Positions 12,726 through 26,164 of a stretch of DNA of 64,000 nt are shown one piece after another. The notes under the pieces were generated by a model. That model ran no database searches and was not told where the DNA came from. It saw only the letters and a list, made by a program, of their open reading frames with translations. A program made the translations under genes and the position numbers. The DNA lies in the NCBI RefSeq assembly GCF_018977255.1, contig NW_024704742.1, positions 48,238,001-48,302,000 of the forward strand. Reading direction: 5' to 3'. Origin of the DNA: Callorhinchus milii (taxonomy: Eukaryota). Every line of letters starts with the position of its first letter. The first letter of the stretch is position 1.

Positions 12726-15479
12726 CGAGTCCACCGCCTTTACTACCATTATCTGACAAGGTGCCACTGGGGAAACAAAGACTAACATCAGCTTGCAGCT
12801 TATTTAACATCATCAGTTTATTTAGCATTTTGCAGCATCCATAAGTTGGCAAATTCTTAAATACTTTAAATTATTAAATAATAATTGAAGCGGTTTACTC
12901 AAAGTTCCTTGAAAACCTACAGTAAACCTGCTGCACAATTAAGATTGAATTCAATAATTAGCCAAATTCTGGGCACTCTAAAATGCTACATAAAGACAGG
13001 GAATCTAGAACCAGGTTGTATTTCTCCCTCTTTGACTCGCGAGACCCAGAAACTGTATAAAACATCTGGCTTTGGAACTTCAGGACCCTGAAAAGATAAT
13101 ATAAAAGCCTATAGGACTGCAGTATGTTTATATTTTGCTCTTTGCTATGTCCCACCCTCACTCCCTCTCATTCCACTAATGCCCTGCCTCAAGATGCCAC
13201 TGGCCTGACTTGTTGGAGGTATCATAAATGCTGGTTTGAACACATTCCCACCTTAAATGGAGAGAAGGGGGCAAAAGAAAAATAAATCAGACACAAGCCT
13301 TTCAGAAACCAACTGGTGAAAATGGAAGAAAATTCATAAATCTCAGAGATTAAAAAAAGCAGAGGAAATGAGAAAAGTAAATCATCAAATCGTTGAAGGA
13401 AAGTGGACAAGGAAATTGAAAGAAAAAAAATCTGAGAATGGAATAGTGAAAGATGATGGGCAAACCTATTATAACACGCTCTCTACACTCAAAACACACA
13501 GTCACTGCACTTTACAATATATCATGTGAAGCACTTTGGGACAGCTTCTGATGTGAATGGCAATATACCAAATGTAAGCATCATTATTATTATTATTGAT
13601 ATGATCTGCCTTTTCCTGCATTTCACCTTACTTGCCTTTCTCCAGTTTGTGAAAATAGCAAAGCAGCAAAAAAAAATCAGCTTTTATCATTTTGTTTATT
13701 GCATGCGAGCTGGCAACATTTTCACTGCTCAGGAAGGTCATGAGTAACTGCAGTGAAGATAAAATTGAGATTTAACCACAGTTATTTATCATTTAACACT
13801 TTGTCCTACTCAAGCTCTCCCATAATCTGTGTCAAAGTACACTTTCACAATAGTGCATCTCACTATCGGTCCCAGTGGTGCCTGTGACCGAGGCAAGCGG
13901 AAAACAACTATGCCTACACACCATTACTCAAATCAATGGATTATATTTATTCTTTATTTTATGAAAAGTACTGTATTTTGTTATAATCTAGTATGCCATT
14001 CTTTAACAAGAAGAGGTTTCATAAAAATGTGGTTTTGGTAAAATGTTTCTGAAACGTTTAGCCACAATTATGTACGAATTTAGTTAGAGAAAGAGGAAGG
14101 CTTTTTAATTAACTCACTCCCCCCCCACCATTTTTCTCTTCCCCACTTAGTGTTTTTAGGGCAAAGGGAGTCTCTAATTTGCTTCTCATTTCTTGTCTAA
14201 TACTGTGTCATTCTAGGATTCACATCTCCTAACTTGTCACCGGGAAGTCCTGCCACTTGGGGAAATTTGTAAGAAATAAAATAAAATGATCTCAATGCAA
14301 AACAAATCTGAATGGAATTTTGTTACTCATAAGGTTAATCCAAGAACGAAAGGATGAAGAAAGATGAGGAAGTGGGAAAAATTAGCAAAAAAGGAACTGA
14401 AAATTATATGAAAGCGTTCAACTAAAATAGAAGTAGCGACAGGAAGCTTAGCATTCTTACAAATGTGATCTCTTGGCCATCTTGTGCTTACTGTTTCAAT
14501 CCATTGGCTCTCAGTGCACAGATTTTGAGAAGAAAAAGGAAAGGGACTGCTCATGTAGGAAGCTGTTACGACACAAATCCAATGTCCGTTCATGCTATTA
14601 GTCGTAGACCAGAATGGATTCAATTTTCAATTTGCACACAATGAGCCACAAAATCTTTTAGTCCATTTGATTTCATCCTTACAAAATCCCAAACTCACCA
14701 TTGCAGCATCAAGCTATTTCTCACGCTGGGAAACTGAACAGGACTTGGGTCCATGTAAAAGTTAGACAATTATATGATTTATAAAGATAAGACTTAAGCG
14801 AGTTTTGCTTTATTCAATCCCTGAATTCTGCCAGATCTATGGTCAATGTTGGTCTGTACAGTCTGTTTCAGGGGATTCAAACTGGGGCTAAGGCCAATTG
14901 CACCTAATATATCTGTTCTTAGGATTGGAGCAATATTAACCTGTCTTGCTGTGTAAATTATAGGCCAATTGTGGGTCATCTGACTAAAGGCCATTGATAA
15001 AAAGCCATGGGAATTACACCACAGTTTTATTGTTAGCCGCTACACATGTAACAAGTGCAATAACTCACATCATATAAACAAACATACTCTCCTGAGCAAG
15101 GGGCCATGTGATAAATTATAAATGAGGAACCTCTGTCTGACAAGTACTACCCTTTGGTATCAAAGACATTTCAGGGGACGGAGGTATCCAGATTTTAGTG
15201 CATTGTATGACAGTGGTATAACCACCATGGGTCAAGTGGTGCAGTCATCTGTTAAACATGCTATTATGGGTGCCCAACTCATTGTCAGAGAACAACTCAT
15301 GTTCTTTCCCCATTTCAATATAGCCACACCATGCACACTCTTCGCTGGGGAGAGAGAGAACACAAGGAGATAGAGGTGGTAAATCCTATTGCACCAGGTG
15401 CCCTCTGGGGCCTTGTTATACCACTGATCAATGAGTCCCAACAGAAACTCATATTGCACCTTGTGAATTTTTCCTGTTG

Positions 15480-15830
15480 AGGCCGATTATTCTTAAATTC
15501 TATATGCCCTGCCAGTTCCCTCTGTTCTTCCATCTCAAGCCTACTACATATTCCTCCCTGCCCCACCATCGGTGGCTGAACCTTCAGCTACTATGCTCCC
15601 ATTCTCTGGAACTTGTAGCCCAACTCTTTTTTCTTGCGCCTCGACTTCCTGCTTTCAAAGTCTTCTTAAAAATGCATCTCTTTGACCATATCTCTGGTCA
15701 TTATCCTCAAATTTCCCCTCTGCACTATGGATCACAAAAGGAATTTGGATGAATAAGTCTCTATAGTCTTTGCGAAGCACTCTGAAGCGAGCATTCAAAA
15801 TGAAAGATGTTCTGCAAGTTCAAGTTGTTT
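15480..15830 (+). mobile_element. L2 LINE 3' end, old
   Basis: ccccaccatcggtggctgaaccttcagc, ttcttaaaaatgcatctctttgacc and an L2-type tail. Confidence 0.65.
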
Positions 15831-16194
15831 GAAGCAGCAAACAACAAGGGCACTTGAATGCCTCTTAAACATGAAGTCAATGGAAGCCATTGATCAATAA
15901 CTTTGTAATCCTATAATAACCTCAGACAAGGCTTATAACCACAAATCTCTAGGCCTCGCTCAACAAACACAATCAACATCAAGCAGGAAAAAATGTTCAG
16001 TAAAAAAAATTAATTTGGCAAAAGTAGTTTTGGAACTGTTTAGAAAGTCACACACATTCACGGGTCTCTTGTGCCTGGCTGAGTGAGCAGCAATTCAATG
16101 TAGCTTTATCAGATACCAACTTAAAATTAAGGACAGGTTTCAATGATGCATTTAAATCACACTTCCTAGCCTAATGATATATATATATATAAAA

Positions 16195-16505
16195 TAATAA
16201 ACCTTGCATTTGATAGAGAGCCTTATCATGTCATCAAGACACGTTTAAGAAGCTCTTCATAGGATACAATGTAAAGTGATGTGACTGCGTCTTTTTGCGG
16301 GCGAATGGAGAAGCCAATTTGCTCACAGCCATTGAGTGACTGATCAGTTTTATTTGGGGGACTGTTGACAGGACATTGGGAGAAACTCCCTTTTCTTTTT
16401 GAAAAGTGCCGGGGAATGTTTAACATCGACCTAGACAGGCAGACGGGGCCTCAGTTTAATATCTCATCCAAAATACGGCACCTCCAACAACGGAGCACAT
16501 CGCTA
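16195..16505 (-). mobile_element. Deu-domain SINE
   Basis: Same tail and core motifs as other copies. Confidence 0.7.
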
Positions 16506-18369
16506 GCTATATGGACTATATACAGCTATATTGGAGCTATATGGACTACAGTATATAGGTTCCAACTGAACTAGGCTGATACAATAACTATTTTATGAAA
16601 TACTGCATTATCTACCCCCACACCCCTGTCGCCCAATTATTACTGTAACTCATCCAGTGGCTGGGTAGGTCCATCAAATAGCTAGTGAGTGATGAACTAC
16701 AACACAGTCAGATATTATGGATAGTGGTGTCAGGGTTTCTATTGCAGCCAAGAGAACGCAAATGAAATCACCTGTTGAGGTAGCTCCAGAGGCAGGATGG
16801 CAGCTTCATTTACTTTACGGTACTCACTAGATTACAAGAGCAGTTGTGATGAAGAAGGCTTTTGGCATCAACCCATTTGATCCCATCCTTTCAGAAGAGC
16901 CCGACAACCGTTCATCCATTGCAGCATCAAGCTGTTTCTTAAATGAGTTCACTCTACTGTCTCCAAAGCTGGAACTGCTGTAAGCTGCTGGCACACTCCA
17001 GGCTACAGGTTAACTTTAATATGAGGAGGGAGCGAGAATGTTCAAGTTCTGTAGTTGCTTTAACTATCTTTTCGACTCTTTCTGAAAGTTGCAACAACAC
17101 TGCACTTGTCCAGAACTACATTACTTTGCTACAGAACTGATACATTCTTTCAGTAGCTACTGCTCCCTCTCGCTGACCTTCCTAGTGAAATCCATGAGTA
17201 AACTTCACTTGTATTCACCACTCACTGCTGTGAAGCGAAGTTTGTTAACACAACTACATAATCAATAGGTGGCAATATTCATCTCCTCGGTGTAAAGATT
17301 CTGCGTTCTCATGAATAACTTGATTGTGAGTAAGTATTGTTCTAGAGTTCATTAATTCCTTTTACCAAACTTTGAACCTGTGAGGTAATTAATGTTCAAG
17401 AATAGTCAGTCAATAGTGGACATGTTTTGGTGCTTGTAAATAACACACACTACAATTGTACAAAAATAGCATTTTGCAGGGTTTCGAAAATTGTTAGGAC
17501 AGTGCTGTTTATGGAACATATATTGGGCCCTGTGCTGAAGGAGCCTCAGAAATATCACTTCAAAACCAATCAAAAATGGATATTGATGGAACATAAGAAT
17601 ACAGGGAAAGAAAAGAAGCCATTCAATCCATCACACCTCATTCCTTTCACATGGATAGATTTCACCTAACTACTCTATCTCCTGCAAAAAAGTATTCCAA
17701 CGAATACTCCTGAAGCCTAAAGCCAATGAAGCAAAATCTCCAGAATGTCCATCCATTTCCCGATCAACCTCCACCTGGTTCCCTCCATAGATAATATGGG
17801 GGGAGGGCAAGTTCAGATTCAGCTGTGATGTGTCTGTGATCCAATAGTCTGTCAGGATTTGCTGCTAAGGCCCACACCTGAATAATGGCCACTAAACCAC
17901 GACAATGAAGGGTGCCCAGTATCTCAGAACAGTATCTCAGTGAAAAGAAATAAGGAATCTTCACCTTCAGAAGAGAAGAAGGGAAGCAAATTGGAGAAAC
18001 AAATTAATAGAGGCTTGAAGCGGTATGGGGATAAGTCAGGGAAGTGCGATTGAATCAACACTTTGCTCTGGCCTCTTTCTACACTGTAAACTTCCATGAT
18101 TCTATGGTAGGGAAAAAGTAGGCAGTGGAGTGGTTCCAGCCATTGTAACCATAACCCAGCATGAGACACCATAATTAGGTAGATATTAGATAACAAGCGA
18201 AGAGGGAACAATATTGTACCAAGTTTAACGTTTTGGAAGTATAGAGACATGGTATTAAATGATCATTCTTACCGAATCAAATAATCAGTGTCAGTGCAGT
18301 TAAGAAACATCCTAATCTGTTACCTGAAGGCTGAGTTGATAAGCTCACTGCCTAAAATGAAACTGAACT

Positions 18370-18700
18370 GCACAGTATCAGAAGACCTCAGATGTCACCC
18401 TGGGTCTGTGCTGAGTTATCTGCAGGCATCCCAGCCGGATGTGAGCTGCCATTATTGGCCTTAGTGCCCTGGACCAGTGAACGAATAATCAGATTAGGCT
18501 CCCGCTCCTGGTCACTATTGGGTGACCGCTGCTAGGAAACAATATATGAGAGGGCATCGGGTGAGGATAGGATCAGGCATGATGTGATTTATACATAGTC
18601 AAACAGCCTGCCCACACTTACTCACACCTATTATTTTTATTATAATAGCAACATGGGTGAGGCACCAGAAGATGACTTAAGATCGGTAAAGAATTTCCTA
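18370..18700 (+). mobile_element. Old SINE-like repeat, family A (further copies near 32280-32530, 36380-36495, 38730-39030, 55170-55540, 59040-59290 on +; 18770-19165, 44160-44520, 45080-45330 on -)
   Basis: Recurrent motifs gtctgtgctgagttatctg, ttggccttagtgccc, ctcctggtcactattgggtgaccgctgc, gggtgaggataggatcagg. Confidence 0.65.
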
Positions 18701-18769
18701 GTTCTTAAATTAAGTCTTGGGCTGATACTTAGCTAACATGAACGATAAGGACATTTTTTAAAAAAAGAG

Positions 18770-19165
18770 ATGATCAATTATCCCCCATTCTGCAGGCTCT
18801 GACTGTTGCTGGTATAACACAGCTACCAGCTGCCCTCTAGATGATTGTCCAGATGTCTATTCTTCATTCATGAGCAAAGACAGTGAGTGTCAGCAGTTTG
18901 TTCAACCATTGAAGAGCACTGGAGCCAAGATCAATCCTGTTCTCACCTGTCTACATACAGCGCTTTCCAGCGTGGTCACTGGATGGCAATTAGGAACAAG
19001 AACCTTGGGTGATTTTTCCTTTCTTCTCCATAGCTGAAGGCTATGAAGTTCTAGTGCTGCCTCAACTGAAATCAACGAAATCAGCACAGGCCGGGAATTG
19101 ATGATCCTTTGATATTATAGTTTAATGCTGTACTGGGCAGTGCTGTTACTCACTGGGCCATCAGA
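18770..19165 (-). mobile_element. Old SINE-like repeat, family A
   Basis: Reverse-complement match to 18370-18700, in inverted arrangement with it. Confidence 0.65.
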
Positions 19166-19334
19166 GAACTCTATGAGACAAGATTCAACTTGTCTTCCGT
19201 CTACTCAAAGAAAATGTTTGGTACCTATATTCACATTGGAAAGAAATTCAATGAATCATCATCCTTACAGTGAAAATAATGTAATGTAAAAAAAATCTTT
19301 TATAATTTGCTTTCTTCCTGGTTTTGTAATAAAA

Positions 19335-19750
19335 TAATATAATAATTTGATATAACGTCAATAACATCTTAAAGTGATTCACCAAGTTTCCGTAAAGTGT
19401 AAAGACCAGGTATTTGTAGGCAAATGTGGCAGCAAATTAGCACACAGCAATGATCCGCAAACAGCCATGAAGTGAATGTTCAATTTTATCTGAAAAATTG
19501 TTGGCCATGACACCAGGAGAAACTTTCTTCTCTTTTCAAATGAGATCTTTAACGTCCACCAGAACAGGTAAACAGTCTCTCGGTTTTAACATCTCATCTG
19601 CAGAATGGCACCTCTAACAATGCAGCACACCTCAGTACTGCATTGGAGTGTCAGTCTGGACCATGCGATCAAAAGCCTGATGTGGGCCTTGAACCCATAA
19701 CATCCTGACCCAGCGCTGAAAGTACCATCAATCGAGCCAGGCTGACAGCA
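19335..19750 (-). mobile_element. Deu-domain SINE, full length
   Basis: Tail, Deu core and head (gccttgaacccataacatcctgaccc...gagccaggctgaca). Confidence 0.8.
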
Positions 19751-21621
19751 AATATTCTAAAGTAATAAGAATAATAATCCTTACATTTGATATATAGCGC
19801 CTTATCACATCATTAAGACGTCTCAAAGCGCTTCACAGAATTTATTGTAAAGTGAATTGACTATATTTTGTGGGCGAACACGGCAGCCAATTGCGCATAA
19901 CAATGTTCCACAAACAGTCGTGGATTGAATGACCAAGTTATTAATTATTATTAATTAATTTATTTTAGTTGCTGTGTACTAATTGGCACTTTTGCCTACA
20001 AATATTATTAATTAATTGATTTAAGTAACACAGTGCTGTTGAAGCTAGACTCTAAACTTCTGTGATCCTATGGTTGGGAAAAAGAAGTCGGCAGTGGAGT
20101 GGTTTCACCTGTGTAACCGTGTCCCAGCATGAGTTTGAAACAAGTTCCATAGATTGTCTCTATAGAGTGACTGTTTATAACTCTGCTCCGTTCATCAACA
20201 ATGCAATATACACCTTGAGCAAGGTGTATATGCTCCTCTCACAGCCCAGCACCGCAGTGGAATGCCCTTCAGACTCATGGCTGATTGCTTTTGGTTAATG
20301 TTTCACTGGACACAAAACAACTCTGGGTCCCACCCTCAGAGCAAACAGCTCCACTGAGTGCAAGGTGCACAAAGAGAGAAAGAGAGATATAGAGAGCAAG
20401 AGAGTGTCAGAGGGGAAAGGGATGGGAGGGGGTGGAGAGAAAAAGAGCAAAGGTGCATGCTGACAGAGTGCTACTAGACTAGCAGCTGCAGTTCTCACTT
20501 AAAAAGAAACTTGTAAAATATTTATGGAAAGGTGAAAACAGAAATCAGTCTAAAAATACCAGGTTAAATGTACCAGTTAAATGAGCCATATTTTATTAAC
20601 ACTCCTCCTGTACCAGATAAGGCAAGGCGTGACATCTACAAATACGGATATTTGTATGTATTCGTATATGTAATACTTTTTTTAAAAAAGAAATAATTAC
20701 AGCTGATACATACAATTGGTCAGGCATATGGTGCTAGAATGTGTATTATGCCAAGTTAAATTTTTGTGGAGATGATGTAATGCTGTCTAAATTTCATATC
20801 AATTGTAAGTACAGGCTGGCGGGAATTTGCATATTTACGATTGATTTAAATTACAAGATTGGACTGTATCACAGCATATTGGTACTGAACATATCCCTTT
20901 AAAAATCTACTCACTGCCTGGCAAGGGCTATTCTAAAAGTAAATGTTTCAAACTTTTTATGTGGCAAAAATCGTTACTCGAACACTAGCCCCAGGTAATT
21001 ATTCTGTCCCCCCTCCTCCCCCCACAACAAAACAGATATTTTAGAAACATTCCACTTTTGGAACAGATGAGGAATTGGGGTTAAAGGAGCAATAGCAGGA
21101 TTGAGTGCAATGAAATAATGAGAAAGAAATGAAGGATAAACGTTGCTATTACTACTGTTGAAACAGGTTGACTTTCCAAGTTACTTCGCTCTTCAGTTCA
21201 CCCGAGCTACAATGTCTACTGAGTCCCAGCTCACTCAGGGGTTGAATTATCCTGCCCTTCATACCGTAAAAAATAAATCTTAAAAACACTTGCGAGCACT
21301 AAAATGGATGTTTCAACAAATGTTTCACCATCGACTCTACTCGCATTTAAACATAAGCCTGTCGGTACTGCCAGAACAAATTTTTCAATACAAAAGCCGA
21401 GTGAGATTAATCGTACATCGATTTTAATGTTCAAAATACGGGTGTTTCGATTAACAATTCGTATCAGATACAGTAGCAGGTAGCTTGCATCAGCTCAAAG
21501 CGTCATCTAAAATGACCTGGACTGTGGTACAACACAACCAGAAGGTCATATTAAGCTTCAATCATCTGTGATGCCAGTGAAATGATCACTTCAAAGTAGA
21601 AATAAGTCAAAAAAATCATAC

Positions 21622-21684
21622 CTCTGTAGGCCGGAATGTTAAACGCAGGGAAATCTGTGCGAGCTGTTTCACTCTCTTCCACGT
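21622..21684 (-). CDS. Candidate 63-nt internal exon (phase 1-1: DVEESETARTDFPAFNIPAYR)
   Basis: ctctatag|ACGTGG...TACAGAG|gtatga; joins 22242-22386 in frame; polypyrimidine tract is weak. Confidence 0.35.
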
Positions 21685-22241
21685 CTATAGAGTTGAACCT
21701 TTATCACTCAGCACTGCCAGCTAAGGTGCAATGGTGCCAGTCTATTTACCTCATGCAAAAGGGGAGGCGCTGCCTTATTAGCCTTTACCCCATCAATCAC
21801 CGATTATTGCTCTGCAAAGAGACTTTATGGCTGAGATTTGGAGAAGGGCTTCATATAGACGGGTTGCCTGAAAGTATTTTTTTTAAAAATCCCCTGACAA
21901 TCCACAAAGTGAAAATTCTGACTCTGTCTGACGTCAGAGTTAGACTGAAAGCAACGTGGGCTCAAACCAGTGGGAATGCCCGGGTGGATCTGCCCAAAAG
22001 AAGGGGAGGGGAAAGGGGGAGGGAACATTTCAAATGCACGGCTACCACAAGCTTACACGGACTTGAGCCTGAATCAATACAGTTATGATGTCAAACTCTT
22101 CCCCCCACCCATCTCACCACCCCTGAGGTGGTGGGTCTTGCTTACTCTAGCACCACCTGCACCAACAACAATAACAAGTTACAATTGTATAGCGCCTTTC
22201 ACGTCAGGAAGATGTTCCAAAGCACTGACAATATGACTTAC

Positions 22242-22386
22242 CTAAATATCGACCCAATTCTGGATCTGATTTGAACTCTGCACAATCTTGACATATCGCA
22301 GCAGTTACAAATCCGTAAATATCTCCTTGCCTATCGCTATCAAACATGTGTAGTGTGGCGGAGAATAACAGTCTGCTGACTGCCAT
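22242..22386 (-). CDS. Candidate first coding exon (MAVSRLLFSATLHMFDSDRQGDIYGFVTAAICQDCAEFKSDPELGRYL, phase 1)
   Basis: caaATGG start, 48 open codons + G, consensus donor TAG|gtaagt, locally retained CpGs, other two frames closed. Confidence 0.5.
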
Positions 22387-23861
22387 TTGCTGGAATTAGC
22401 AGAGCTCCTCTTATTTATTCGAGCTCCGCTATCGCTCAGCAGGAGCTCACAGATGAACACAATTGCACTCGTTTACCATGTATTAGTCAAACAAATCCAA
22501 GTTACACATCTCATGCTTTCTAGCATCGTAAAGACTAACCAAAAGCACAGTACAATGGAGTCTGATAAGATAATCCTTGATTAGATCACATCCAGTCACA
22601 ACTTTGATCAAGGTCCCCCCTAAACTCTTTGCATTAAGTCCTTATGAGTCATGGAAGTATTCATAACTTTAAGTCAAGAATTGTTGGAATTCAGGGGGGG
22701 CTGCACCTTCAGTTCCAATGCCCCCTTTCCACCCACAGCTGTGACAGCAACAATAGCCATAATTTACACTGGATGTTTAGGACACTGAATGTACCTGGAT
22801 GTGTGTATAGTTGACCCCCTCCTCTTCCTCGACCACGTTTTGCAATGGTGATATTCATGAAGCCAGACCTTCGGCATTGGATACCCACTCACAGATCTTA
22901 GTGCACAGTCGTCAATATTGGAATACTGGCTTCTTACTAGCAATGGAACCATAGAAATTTATAGCACAGACGAAGGTCATTCAGCTCATCGAATCTACGC
23001 TGGCCCTTTGAAAGAGCAATCCAACCACATCCGGGACATTCGATGCACCTAATATTAACTGCACAGTTAAGTTGGCCCACCATGGCCCAAAGCCTCAATA
23101 AGGTGCTGCGGAGAGATATATTCATAGTTTACAACAGTAAACTATGAGGATTTGCATGTGGTATTCTTATTGACAGTTTCTGCAGCTGATCACAGGAATA
23201 GATTCATGAGGTTCCTGGCAAGAAAAGTACTTTTTATGTTTGACAAATGTTGTCAGAAAATGTAAATAAAGTTATTAATACAGCTGGGCTACTTCCCTGG
23301 GATAGTCCAGAGCCATATGATCTGTGGATTGTTTGTGGCCTTTAGGTCAGGACTAATTATTCTGCTCTGTGCTGGATGTATAATCTTTTTACCCTGCTTT
23401 TGTGCTGGTCTATCTTGTCTTATGGATGTCAGTGTTAATTCTTAGTAATGTGTAGGGGAGAAAAATAATATGAATCCCTCTATTTGATACAGGATCTATA
23501 TATCAAAACATTTCTAAGTACTTCACAGGCAATTGCTCTCAGGTGTAGAGTCCGTGACATTTGTAGGCAAATGCAGCAACAATGAAGTGAGTCACCAACT
23601 TTTTGGAGGATTCTTAGGCAAAAAACTGCGAGTAACTCCCTTCTCTTTTTAAATAGTGTTGACATCAGACAGTCTGTGGTATATCATCGCATCAAAAGGA
23701 CGGCAACTCTGACATTTTAGTCCTCAGTACTGCACTGGAGTTTCAGCCTAGACATTGATCTCAAGTGTTGACATGAAGCTTAAACTCACAAGCTTGTGAG
23801 CGCCTTGGGACGTCCTCCTGACGTGAAAGGCGCTTTATAAATGGAATCTTGTTGTTGTTGT

Positions 23862-24183
23862 GGAGTCCTGTAGCTCAGTGGTTAGAGCACTCGCTTTGCA
23901 AGCGAGAGACCTGAGTTCAATTCCAGGCAGGGCGAAACCTTGGGCAAGTTTCCTTACTCCACACGCCTAATAATAATCCCTCCAAAAAAACCAAAAACAA
24001 TAATAAATTGGTCATTTTCAATCTACGACTGTTTGTGGGACATTGCTGTGCGCAATTGGCTGCCGCGTTCGCCCTCAAATATACAGTCAATTCACTTTAC
24101 AGTATATTCTGTGAAGCGCTTTGGGACGTCCTCTCGACGTGAAAAGCGCTATATCAAATGCAAGGATTATTATTATTATTATT
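23862..24183 (+). mobile_element. tRNA-Ala-derived SINE, full length and young
   Basis: A box TAGCTCAGTGG, anticodon arm CTCGC-TTTGCAA-GCGAG (TGC), B box GAGTTCAATTCC, Deu-like body, L2-like tail, (ATT)n; CpGs retained. Confidence 0.92.
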
Positions 24184-24264
24184 GTTGTTGTTGTTGTGAG
24201 TGCTAGCTCTATGTCACAAGCTTCATGAGTGGTAGCAACTGAGCCAAACCGGCACTGCCAGCAT

Positions 24265-24633
24265 TGGTGTTCAAATCCCTTCACTCTCTGGCACTTCCCT
24301 ACCTCTCCGACCTCCTCACCCCCCAATACACCACCCGGTACCTCCGTTCCACTGGCACTGGCCTCCTACTTGTCCCTCACACCATCAACTCTACCATTGG
24401 AGGTCGCTCTTTCAGCCAGTATGCCCTGAAAATCTGGAACATTCTCCCTCAATCCTTCCACCTTGCCCCCTCTCTCCCCTTTTTCATGTCCTGCCTGAAA
24501 ACCTTTCATTTTGACCGTGTCTACAGTCACCTCCCCACCCACCGGGCTCGGAGTCAGCTCTGCCACAGTTAAGTGCTCTGAGATGCTACCCTGCGTGGAG
24601 AGCGCTATATAAGTGCAAGTTGTTGTTGTTGTT
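24265..24633 (+). mobile_element. L2 LINE 3' end
   Basis: FKSLHSLALPYLSDLL...IGGRSFSQYALKIWNILP; tail gcgctatataagtgcaagttgttgttgtt. Confidence 0.9.
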
Positions 24634-26164
24634 GCTACCTAAACAGTACAGAGGAAATGATTGGAGAGTCCTTACATTTCTAGGTACTTACTCCTCAGGG
24701 CACTAAAGATGTAAGGGTTTCTTGTACTGCAGAATAATAATTATTGTAATCATGACTCTTACAATAAATCATGTTTTATATTGAGATCTTGTTATTGGGA
24801 AACCTAAAATATTGGGCAAAATTTGTAACCTGACCCTGCATTGTCAATAAATTCAACACAAAGTGTATTGACTTTGCCCTTGGAAGATTAATGGTATTTC
24901 TCTTAAACTACAGCACACACTCCCACCCCTATTGACTAACTGTGCTGCAAGGACCACATCACTGTCTAGACTCACACATGAAGAAGTATTACTTAGGTGC
25001 AGCTCACCAAGTCTGCTGGTTTCGCTTTAGAAGCAGCAAGGAACATACACGCTGAATGCTCGCAGGATCATTGTTGGCCTTTTAAAACTCCACACACATT
25101 CTGGAATAACAACAATCACTTGCATTTATACAGCACCCATCAAGCATGGAGAGTCTCGCAGTGTTGAGCAATGGCGGAGTTTGACGGCAAGCTGAAGGAA
25201 GGTGAGTTTTCCAAATACTATCCGTGATTCTCCTTCTCAATCACAGTGAACTGTGTAGAATCTACAGCACCAAAACAGGCCATTTGGCCCAACTAGTCTG
25301 TGCGATGTTTTTATTCCACATCAACCACCACCTATTCTAATCCCTCCCTCTTTCTCTCGCCTGATCCACTATTCCCTTCTCTTGTACCAATGCTCCCTTT
25401 CTCACTGTGGATATTTTACACCGACAGTCGAAAGAAACTGTTTGGGAAAATCTTTGTCAATTATAATTCAATTACCCATTGTAAAACAGTCTACCAGTCT
25501 CACTAATACCAAAATAATAAACTCTACTTCAGGTTGCTAACCGTTGGGATGTCCACCCAACGTGAAAGGCGTGAAAGTCGCTATACAAATGTAATTTTGT
25601 TGTTGCTAAGCGAAGCGAGCTGGGCGGCGCTGCAGTGAGCTGTACAGGTCCCACAAACACCTAATTAAAGTTTAAAAAAGCGGTTGTATCATTCAGGTTG
25701 TAGGTGTTTTCATCTCACTTAAGTTAAACTCCTCATGTAAAACACCGCACGGATTAGCTGGAGCCGAATGACCTGTTTTGGTGCTGTAGATTCTCTATAG
25801 TTCTATGTGAATAAGAAGGAGGGTAGGACAGAGGCGACACACTGAAATTTTACTTAGGGCAGCATTTTACCATTTGTCCTGTGCGGCCTCTGAATGGCAA
25901 GCAATGCATTTTCAGCTGAATAAATTCCAGCAATACCCCCATACCCTATTCTAGACACAGGGAAATTTCCATCCGTTGACGTGTTTCTGCATGTGTCGAC
26001 ATTTGGATGACGAAACAGAAATAGCCAGCAGATTCACTTTCATTCTCCTTTCATCATTGTCTTGTCACTGTTACTGTCTTAATGCTTTCTTTTCCTCATT
26101 CTCAGAGACATCTCACCACCACACTGAAAAAATAACCTGTACTGTTTCGGTGAATTTATTTGGG

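Noticed and set aside
23862..23935. tRNA-Ala(TGC)-like cloverleaf (also at 7219 and 46199)
   Set aside because: It continues directly into a SINE body and tail with no Pol III terminator, so it is a SINE head rather than a tRNA gene.
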